This document shows positions 53,569-64,000 of a DNA stretch of 64,000 nucleotides, piece by piece. The notes below the pieces were generated by a model. It made no database searches. It was not told where the DNA came from and saw nothing but the letters and a program-made list of their open reading frames with translations. The translations under genes were made by a program, and so were the position numbers. The stretch is from an uncultured Gemmatimonadales bacterium (GTDB lineage Bacteria; Gemmatimonadota; Gemmatimonadetes; Longimicrobiales; Gaopeijiaceae). The stretch covers positions 32,001 to 96,000 of the forward strand of contig CAWGKG010000005.1 of assembly GCA_963823035.1 (NCBI GenBank), written 5' to 3'. Each line of letters opens with the position of its first letter. The stretch's first letter is position 1.

Positions 53569-54768
53569 GTGGGCCGAGCGCTGAGCGCGGCGCGGCGGAT
53601 CGCGGGCGGGCTCCTCCCCGGCGGCGGACTCGTGGCGCTCGCGCTCGGGTTGCACGCCTGGGCGCCGCGCACCCTCCTGGACGACGTCACCCACGGCTAC
53701 CCGTGGGTGGCGTACGCGGCCGCAATCCTCCTCGCCACGCTCTTCCACCGGAGTCGAGTGGCCGTCGCCGCGGTCGCCCTCGCGGGCGCCACCTGGGCGC
53801 TCTCGCTCGGCTGGCCGGAGCCCGTGCTGGCGACGGGGTGGGCGCTGCTGATCGGGGCGCTGGCGCTCATGCGTGACCGGGGGACCGTCGCCCCCTCCTC
53901 GGTGGCCCAGTGGGCCGTGCTCGTCATGCTGGCCGAGCTGGCGGCGATGGTCGCGCACGGAGGCGCGCCCGGGATCGCGCGCCTCCTCGACCTCGGAGGC
54001 GGGGGTGACGGGTCCCGCTGGCTCGGCCTACCGCAGCTCCAGCTCGGGATGTGCGCGCTCGCCTCCGTGCTGCTCGCCGCGGCCCTCTTCCGCTGGCGCG
54101 GCGCGGTCGAGCGCGGCCTCGGGTGGGCGCTCCTGCTCGTCACGCTCGGGTTGCACCCCGCGGTGGGCGGGGACGCGCCCCTCGTCTTCCTCCTCGTCGC
54201 CGGTGTCGCCCTCGCGCTCTCGGTGGTCGAGACGTCGTACGCGATGGCCTACCGGGACGAGCTGACCGGCCTCCCCGCGCGCCGAGCCCTCCTGCGCGAC
54301 ATGGACGGCCTCGGCGGGACGTTCTCGGTGGCGATGGTGGACGTCGACCACTTCAAGAAGTTCAACGACCGTCACGGCCACGACGTCGGCGACCAGGTGC
54401 TGCGCATGGTGGCCGCCCAACTGGCCCGGGCGCCCGGAGGCGCGCGCGCCTACCGATATGGCGGCGAGGAGTTCACGCTCCTCCTGGCCGGGCGGACCCG
54501 CGACGAGGCCCAGCCCCATCTGGAGGCCCTGCGGGTCTCGGTCGCCGAGGCGTCGTTCGCGCTGCGAAGCTGGAGACGCCCCCGGAAGAAGCCGGAGAAG
54601 TCCCTACCCAGGAAGCGCGCGGCGAAGCCTCGGCGGCTCTCCGTGACGGTGAGCATCGGCGTGGCGGATTCCGCCGGGGGCCAGCGTTCCGCCGACGAGG
54701 TCCTCGGGAAGGCGGACAAGGCGCTCTATCGGGCCAAGAAGGCTGGACGCAATCGCTTGTCACGATGA
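53569..54768 (+). CDS. Membrane-bound diguanylate cyclase
   Basis: Multiple TM segments; DELTGL, DVDHFKKFNDRHGHDVGD, YRYGGEEF, ADKALYRAK. Confidence 0.9.
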   Translation: MGRALSAARRIAGGLLPGGGLVALALGLHAWAPRTLLDDVTHGYPWVAYAAAILLATLFHRSRVAVAAVALAGATWALSLGWPEPVLATGWALLIGALALMRDRGTVAPSSVAQWAVLVMLAELAAMVAHGGAPGIARLLDLGGGGDGSRWLGLPQLQLGMCALASVLLAAALFRWRGAVERGLGWALLLVTLGLHPAVGGDAPLVFLLVAGVALALSVVETSYAMAYRDELTGLPARRALLRDMDGLGGTFSVAMVDVDHFKKFNDRHGHDVGDQVLRMVAAQLARAPGGARAYRYGGEEFTLLLAGRTRDEAQPHLEALRVSVAEASFALRSWRRPRKKPEKSLPRKRAAKPRRLSVTVSIGVADSAGGQRSADEVLGKADKALYRAKKAGRNRLSR

Positions 54769-54804
54769 TGTTTGTGTCCCGTGACATGATCTGAATTCCA
54801 GGAC

Positions 54805-57474
54805 CTACCGAGCCGGGCGGCCCTCCATCATCGCGACGATCTCCGCGACCGTGCTCGCCCCATGGTCCTCGTCGTACCATGCGTAGATGTGCTCGTGCAG
54901 CGCCTCGCTGCTCATGTCGGCGCGATGGGCCTGGTACCACGTGGTGAGCGGGGCGGGCCGCTCCACGAGCGACCCCACCTCCCGCCAATCCTCGTCGAGG
55001 AGGAGCACGGTCGGCGTGGCCGGGCGCCCGTCCGGCGTGCGATGCGCCTCCATGACGCCGCGGCCGCGCTTCGAGTCCACCACGCGCATCTCCAGCCCGG
55101 GCACGGCCTCCACCAGTCGGGCCAGGTAGGGGATCGTGTTCGCCGAATCCCCGCACCAGTCCTCCGCGATCGCCAGGAGGCGCCAGCTTCCCCCCACCGC
55201 CCGGGCCCGCCCCAGGAGCGAGTCGGGGACGGCGGCGGCGCGGTAGTGGTCGTCCCACTGGTCGCGGCGGCTGCGCGCCGCCTCCAGGAAGTCGGCGAAG
55301 GTGCGCCCGGACTCGTAGAGCTCGCGCACCGTTTCGACGCGCGACGAAGAGGGGGTGGTGCTCCCGTCCGCGGACGCCCGCGGCCCGCCGAGCTTCCTGC
55401 CGAGGAAGTCGAGCGCGGCCTCGTAGGCTGCCTTCCAGCTGCGGTGCAGGAGGAAGCCGTGCACCTCGTCCGGAAAGACGAGCTGCTCGAAGTCCACGTG
55501 GCGCTCGGCCAGCGACTCGGCCATGTCGACCGACTCGGAGAAGGGGACGTTCCGGTCGTCGTCACCGTGGATGAGGAGGACGGGCGAGCGCCACCCGTCG
55601 ATCGAGGACATCGGTGAGGACCGGAAGGCCAGCTCGGAGAACTCCGGGTGCGCCTCGGCCTCGTAGTCGGGCACGAAGTTCTTGATGACGACGTTCCAGT
55701 CGTGGACGCCGTGCAGGTCCACGCCCGCCGCGAACAGGTCCGACGCGCGCGACAGCCCGAGGGCGGTGAGGTATCCACCGTACGACCCACCCCAGAGGCC
55801 GATGCGGTCGGGGTCGACGTCGTCTCGCGACTGCAGGTACAGCCCCGCGCCGATCACGTCGTTGAACTCGCTCGCGCCGGTGGCGCCGTAGCCCAGCGCC
55901 TCACGGAACTCCATCCCGTAGCCGATGCCGCTCCGGTAGTTCACGGCAAGTACCACGTAGCCCTGGCTGGCCAGCACCTGGTTGAAGGCGTAGGCGTTCG
56001 AGTAGTAGTCCAGGTGATGGAAGCCGAGGAGCATCTGGCGGCGCGAGCCACCGTGGAAGAAGACCATCGCCGGGTGGTGCGCTCCGGTGCGGGCGCCCGG
56101 CGGCAGGAAGAGCTGGGCGTGGATCTCCATCCCGTCGGCTGCGCGGAACACCACCTGCTCCGGGGTGACCATCCGGTCGGCGGGGAAGGCCGCGGGGAGC
56201 TCGGGGCCGACGTCGCGGCGCGCGCCGTCGACCATCACGACCGTGTGCGCCGGCCGTGACGTCGAGGAGGCGTGGAAGGCGAGCGTGCCCGCACCGGTGG
56301 TCACCGCGCCCCACTCGAGGCCGGATCCCGGCGTGAGCGGCCGCGGCGCGCCGCCGCCCACGTCCACCGTCCAGACGTGCTTCCGGTCGATGTCGTCCTG
56401 GTTCGCGTCGTACACCATGCGCCGCCGGTCCGGCGTCATCCCCACATACTGCACCTCGAAGTCCCCCGGCGTGAGCGCTGCCGCCCGCCCACCGGCGGCC
56501 GGCACCGAGTAGAGGTGCTTCCAGCCGTCGCCCTCCCAGGGGAAGACGAGGCGGTCGCCCGCACCCCAGAAGAGCTGGTCGTCCGCGTCCACACCGCTGA
56601 AGACGCTCCCCGCTCCCTCGTTCGCGCGCCACACCTCGCGCCCCTCGCCCGTGGCCGCGTCGGCGACGCGGATCGAGAAGGGCAGGCCGCTCCGGCGGGG
56701 CGCGAAGGGGAGCTGGTCGCGCTCGTGCGGCACCCGGAGGAAGGCGATCCGCCGGGAGTCGGGACTCCACGCGGGCGAGCCGTCCTCATGGACGCTCGGG
56801 TCGAGGTAGAGGACGCTCCCCGACGCGGGATCGACGACGCCGACGAAGGCGTGGTCCCCGCGGTTGCTGACGAACGCCAGCCGGCTTCCGTCCGGCGACC
56901 AGCGAAAGCCGCCGGGGCCGCCGCGTACGGTGGCGAGCTTGGCGGCCTCGGCGCCCTCCCGCACGTCGATCAGCCAGATCTCCCGCCCCTTCGCGTAGGC
57001 GATACGCGCGCCGTCGGGGGAGAGCGCGAACCCGCCCCCGTCGACCAGCTTGCGGGGCTCACCTCCGGCCGTCGCGACGATCCAGATGGCGCGACCCTCT
57101 GCGTCGGGTGTGGAGCGCGGGTCGGGGATCTCCCCCTGGCGGTTCGGGGCGCCCCCGCGCACGTACAGGACGTGGGCACCGTCCGGCGTGAACGCCAACG
57201 AGCCGACCTCCTGCCCGTCGTCGTCCGGGTACGCGGTGAGGGCGCGTCCCTCCCACGCCGGGCCCTCCGCCACCCAGACGTTGCGGGCCCCCCGGTCGTT
57301 CTCCACCCAGGCGATGCGATCGCCGGTCCGCGAGGCGACGAGACCGGACGCGAACGAGAAGGCGAGCGCGTCCTCCACCGTGATCTGCGCGCGGCCCGGG
57401 GTCGGAAGCGTCGCGAACGTGCCGAGGGCGAGAAGCGCCCCCGCGACCCCCCCGAGGACGCCGCGCCGCCTCAT
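54805..57474 (-). CDS. S9 prolyl oligopeptidase-family protein read in-frame into a thioredoxin-like domain
   Basis: ATG 57474 overlaps upstream stop; signal peptide; PD40-like repeats; GLWGGSYGG, HGDDDRNV, DEVHGF; then EDWCGDS...ATPT...ERP. Confidence 0.8.
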   Translation of the reverse strand: MRRRGVLGGVAGALLALGTFATLPTPGRAQITVEDALAFSFASGLVASRTGDRIAWVENDRGARNVWVAEGPAWEGRALTAYPDDDGQEVGSLAFTPDGAHVLYVRGGAPNRQGEIPDPRSTPDAEGRAIWIVATAGGEPRKLVDGGGFALSPDGARIAYAKGREIWLIDVREGAEAAKLATVRGGPGGFRWSPDGSRLAFVSNRGDHAFVGVVDPASGSVLYLDPSVHEDGSPAWSPDSRRIAFLRVPHERDQLPFAPRRSGLPFSIRVADAATGEGREVWRANEGAGSVFSGVDADDQLFWGAGDRLVFPWEGDGWKHLYSVPAAGGRAAALTPGDFEVQYVGMTPDRRRMVYDANQDDIDRKHVWTVDVGGGAPRPLTPGSGLEWGAVTTGAGTLAFHASSTSRPAHTVVMVDGARRDVGPELPAAFPADRMVTPEQVVFRAADGMEIHAQLFLPPGARTGAHHPAMVFFHGGSRRQMLLGFHHLDYYSNAYAFNQVLASQGYVVLAVNYRSGIGYGMEFREALGYGATGASEFNDVIGAGLYLQSRDDVDPDRIGLWGGSYGGYLTALGLSRASDLFAAGVDLHGVHDWNVVIKNFVPDYEAEAHPEFSELAFRSSPMSSIDGWRSPVLLIHGDDDRNVPFSESVDMAESLAERHVDFEQLVFPDEVHGFLLHRSWKAAYEAALDFLGRKLGGPRASADGSTTPSSSRVETVRELYESGRTFADFLEAARSRRDQWDDHYRAAAVPDSLLGRARAVGGSWRLLAIAEDWCGDSANTIPYLARLVEAVPGLEMRVVDSKRGRGVMEAHRTPDGRPATPTVLLLDEDWREVGSLVERPAPLTTWYQAHRADMSSEALHEHIYAWYDEDHGASTVAEIVAMMEGRPAR

Positions 57475-58779
57475 GCGAGGCCGTTCCGGACCACGTGGGT
57501 CACGGCGTCCACGAAGCGGTCGAGCTCCTCGGGCCGCGTGTAGACGCTCGGCGACACCCGGATGCCCTCGAACTCGGGGTGCTTGATGCCGACCGCGAGG
57601 ATCCGATGCTGGTCCCAGAGGTAGGCGTTCAGCTTGCCGGTGTCGACGCCCTCGACCTGGACCGTGGCGATCCCGCAGGCGAAGCCGGGCTTGAGGCTCG
57701 TGTGCAGGCGCACGCGGTCGTGCTCGAGCAGGCGCTCGGCCCAGTAGTTCCGCAGGTACACGAGGCGCGCGTCCTTCCGCGCCGGGCCGATGCCCTGGTG
57801 GAAGGTGAGGGCCTCGCCGATCGCCAGGTAGTTGGCGGCGGGGTGCGTCCCGATCTCCTCGAACTTCCGGATGTTGTCGTCCATCGTCTCGGGCGCGGCC
57901 ATCATGGGCCACACGTCGGGGATCTTCTCCCGGCGCACGTAGAGCAGGCCCGGTGCCGTGCGGCGCGAACAGCCACTTGTGCAGGCTGGTCGAGTAGTTG
58001 TCGACGTCGAGCTCGGCGAGCGTGAAGTCGAAGTGCGCCAGGGCGTGGGCGCCGTCGACGATGAGCGGGATGCCGTGGCGGCGCGCCATCGCGGAAAGAT
58101 CCCGGACCGGGAGGATCTGGCCCGTGATGTTGATCATGTGCGACGCGAGGATCGCCTTCGTCCTGGGGGTGATGGCCGACTCGAAGCGGCGCACCACCTC
58201 GGCGGGATCCTCCGCGGGGATGGGCAGCTGGATCTGGCGCAGGACGATGCCGTCCCGACGCTCGCGCTGCTTGAAGGTCGTGATCATGCGCGGATAGTCC
58301 TGCGTGGACGTCAGGACCTCGTCGCCGCGCTGGAAGTCGAGGCCGAGCTGCATGATCTGCAGGCTCTCGGACGCGTTGCGCGTGAAGGCCACCTCCTCCT
58401 TGTCGACCCCCCACTGGCGCGCCATCCGCTCGCGAACGCCCTCCCGCTGCGGCTCGAGCACGGACCACATCGTGTACGGAGGGGCGAGGTTCGAGTAGTC
58501 GAGATGCCGCTTCATCGCGTCCTGCACCCAGCCGGGCGCGGGGCTCACGCCGCCGTTGTTCAGGTTCACGAGCGTGCGGTCCACCGTGAAGGCCCGGCTC
58601 ACCTCGAACCAGAAGTCCTCGTCGCCCGCCAGCGCGGCCGCGGAGCCGGGGTGTCGGGCGAGCTCGTCCGCGATGTCGGACGCGGACGCGGCCAGGGCCG
58701 TCGGACGGAACGGGACCCCGAGCGCCGCGGCGGCGGCCGGGAGGGAGAAGGTGCCCAGGAAGGTGCGGCGGGTCGGCAT
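57471..58779 (-). CDS. Tat-exported class V PLP-dependent aminotransferase; apparent frameshift ~57950
   Basis: TRRTFL Tat motif; [33 protein letters not shown]-terminus in ORF 57471..57938. Confidence 0.85.
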
Positions 58780-58955
58780 GGCGCGTTCCTCCTCGTAGGT
58801 GGCTCGAAGGCATCATCCTACGCGCACCCGCCTACGCTGTCCAACCTCGCGCGGGGCGTCGGTTTGCGGCCGTGCGCGCCACCTTGGAGCCGACCGCGGG
58901 AGGGGCTACCTTGCCGGCGTGGGCCCGGCACGTCCCGTTCTACGCGTCCTTTCGA

Positions 58956-59919
58956 ATGATCCGCCTCACCTTCCTCGGAACCGCCGCATCCCGACCCACG
59001 GTCGGGCGCAACGTGAGCGGTATCGCCGTGCAGCGGGAAGGGGACCTCATGCTGTTCGACTGCGGGGAGGGGACGCAGCGGCAGATGATGCGCTACGGCA
59101 CGGGCTTCGCGGTGGGGTCGATCTTCGTGACCCATCTGCACGCCGACCACTTCCTCGGGATCACCGGGCTCCTGCGCACGATGGGACTGCAGGGTCGCAC
59201 CGAGACCCTCCGCCTCTACGGCCCTCCGGGCTCCGGGGATCTGCTCGGCAGGGCCGCGATGCTCGGCGTCGAGCGCAACAACCCGTTCGCGCTCGAGATC
59301 CTCGAGGTGGAGCCGGGCGGCTCGGTGCCCATGGGCGCGTACGCGATCGAGGCCTTCGAGGTGGTGCACCGCACCTCCGCGGTGGGTTGGGCGATCGTCG
59401 AGGAGCCGCGCCTGGGTCGCTTCGACGTGGAGCGCGCCCGCGCCCTGGGTGTGCCCGAGGGCCCGCTGTTCGGGCTGCTGCACCGAGGCCAGCCCATCGA
59501 GGTCGACGGCAGGATCATCCACCCGGACGAGGTCGTCGGTCCCTCGCGGCCGGGCCGGCTGGTCGTGTACACGGGTGACACGCGCCCCTGCGCGCAGACG
59601 GTGGAGCGGGCGGCCGGGGCGCAGCTGCTCGTGCACGAGGCCACCTTCGGGTCGGACGAGGCCGAGCGGGCGAAGGACACCGCCCACAGCACGGCCGCCG
59701 AGGCCGCGGCCGTCGCGCGCGAGGCGGGCGTCGGCGAGCTCCTCCTCACGCACCTCTCGGCGCGCTACTCGGACGTGCCGGCTCCGATCGAGGAGGAGGC
59801 GCGCGCCGTCTTTCCCGCCACCCGTGTCGCCCACGATGGCCTGGTGGTGGAGGTTTCCTTCGCCGAGGAGCCGGAGTCCACGCCCGCTGGCCCGGCGGGC
59901 CGGCGCCGCAAGGGCATGA
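58956..59919 (+). CDS. rnz: Ribonuclease Z (3' end uncertain; probable frameshift ~59885)
   Basis: [32 protein letters not shown] exosite, YTGDT, HEATF, HST, THLSARY. Confidence 0.88.
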
Positions 59920-60258
59920 GCGGGCTGATCGCGCGCAGACCCGGGGGCGGGGAAGTCCGCTCCGACCGGCCGGAGTCGCACCTCCTCGGCGTCCGCACCG
60001 AGGCCGAGCGCATCGGCCGGTGGGAGGTGCGCGCGGCCCAGTGGCGCGCCCTCGAGCTGGCACGCTCCGCCTTCGGGGCGGAGGCGCGCGGCTCGATGAT
60101 CGGGCTGCGGCACCAGGGCCCGATGCGCGGCCTCATGCGGCTCGACGTCCCCTTCGAGGACCTCGACGAGCACCGACGGCGGGAGGCGAACTTCCTCGGG
60201 ATGGTCGGCGCGGATCCGATCCTCGCGCGCGTGCCGCTCGTGTTCGTGGTCGGACCCG

Positions 60259-60281
<23 letters not shown>
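59916..60281 (+). CDS. Hypothetical protein (read in-frame with rnz in this assembly)
   Basis: ATG 59916 in an ATGA overlap; sequence unrelated to RNase Z. Confidence 0.45.
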
Positions 60282-63139
<2,858 letters not shown>

Positions 63140-63151
63140 CACCGGCGGGCG

Positions 63152-63180
63152 TTGACGCTCCACCGGGGCCCGCCTACCTT
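63152..63180 (+). promoter_or_regulatory. Candidate sigma70 promoter for rpsA
   Basis: TTGACG, 17-bp spacer, TACCTT; ~190-nt leader before ATG 63372. Confidence 0.55.
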
Positions 63181-63371
63181 TCCGGGTCTCGGCACCAGCC
63201 ATCTGGGACCGAGCAGTATTCGCCGAAAGGCCAACGAGAGCGCCAGGTGCCCGGCCACGGAGCCAGGGTCCATGCCTTCTCCGGCCTTTCTTCGTTTTCC
63301 CCCGAGCCCGGACGTTCCGTCCACGGAATTCCGGCAAGGACCCGCGACTCCCGCGCGGGACATCCGAGACC

Positions 63372-64000
63372 ATGACCGACAACCAGACCCCGATCGAGTC
63401 CGACGACCTCACCCCCGAAGAGCTGGCGGAAGAGGAGAACGTCGAGGTGGACGCCCTCACCGGAGAGGTGCGCACCGCCGTGATGGACAACCCCCCGGGC
63501 ATCTCCCCGCTGCTCCTCAACGACCCCTATGGCGAGGAGCCGCTCTCGACCTCCCGCGAGGAGTTCGAGGCGCTCCTGGAGGAGTTCCACGAGGACTTCC
63601 AGGACATCCGCGAGGGCGAGATCGTCAACGCGAGGGTCCTGCGGGTCACCGACGCGTCGGTGATCCTCGAGTTCGGCTTCAAGAGCGAGGGCTCGGTGGC
63701 CCTCGACGAGTTCAAGGAGCCCCCGGTCGCGGGTGAGGAAGTCGAGGTCCTCCTCGAGAGCCTCGAGGACGACGACGGCGTCGTCGTCCTCTCCAAGAAG
63801 AAGGCCGACTTCCTGCGCGTCTGGGAGAAGATCCGCGAGGCCCACGAGGCCGACCGTCCGGTCAAGGGCACGCTGGTCCGCAAGATCAAGGGCGGCGTCA
63901 CCGTCGACCTCATGGGCGTGGACGCCTTCCTCCCCGGCTCGCAGATCGCGCTGCGCCGGGTCCCCAACATCGAGGACCTGATCGGCGAGACCTACACGTT
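63372..64000 (+). CDS. rpsA: 30S ribosomal protein S1 (5' part, runs off the window)
   Basis: Manual translation: EGEIV...GFKSEG...LSKKKAD...KIKGGVTVDLMGVDAFLPGSQI. Confidence 0.93.
   Translation, partial: MTDNQTPIESDDLTPEELAEEENVEVDALTGEVRTAVMDNPPGISPLLLNDPYGEEPLSTSREEFEALLEEFHEDFQDIREGEIVNARVLRVTDASVILEFGFKSEGSVALDEFKEPPVAGEEVEVLLESLEDDDGVVVLSKKKADFLRVWEKIREAHEADRPVKGTLVRKIKGGVTVDLMGVDAFLPGSQIALRRVPNIEDLIGETYT

Noticed and set aside
54805..58779. 1324-aa aminotransferase-peptidase-thioredoxin triple fusion
   Set aside because: The aminotransferase C-terminus lies in another frame ending at 57471, and the peptidase has its own ATG and signal peptide at 57474

Overview
Very GC-rich bacterial chromosomal window. 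The gene mix suggests Gemmatimonadota, but that is inference only. The core is a ~33 kb, single-strand, apparently complete extracellular contractile injection system (eCIS, AFP/PVC-like) locus at ~7124-39723. It encodes DUF4255, two sheaths, two tubes, a tube initiator, hub, spike, gp25, baseplate J, a tail-I-like protein, three Afp13-like proteins, a tape measure, an AAA ATPase and two DUF4157 cargo-like proteins (one with OmpA-like + M35-like protease domains, one with a GH73-like muramidase domain). It is preceded by a sensor-less sigma54 activator and a good -24/-12 promoter. Left of it are a lipoprotein multiheme cytochrome c, an S41 peptidase and a carboxypeptidase-regulatory-domain protein. 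Right of it are an archaeal-type HMG-CoA synthase/thiolase/DUF35 cluster, M14 peptidase, msrPQ, ABC permease, MarC, a BNR/VPS10-type hydrolase, a diguanylate cyclase, an S9 peptidase-thioredoxin ORF, a class V aminotransferase and the housekeeping run rnz-tyrA-aroA-cmk-rpsA. About 20 apparent frameshifts, including in housekeeping genes, are most likely indel sequencing errors; affected genes were stitched across frames by hand. All family assignments come from motif reading, not database searches.
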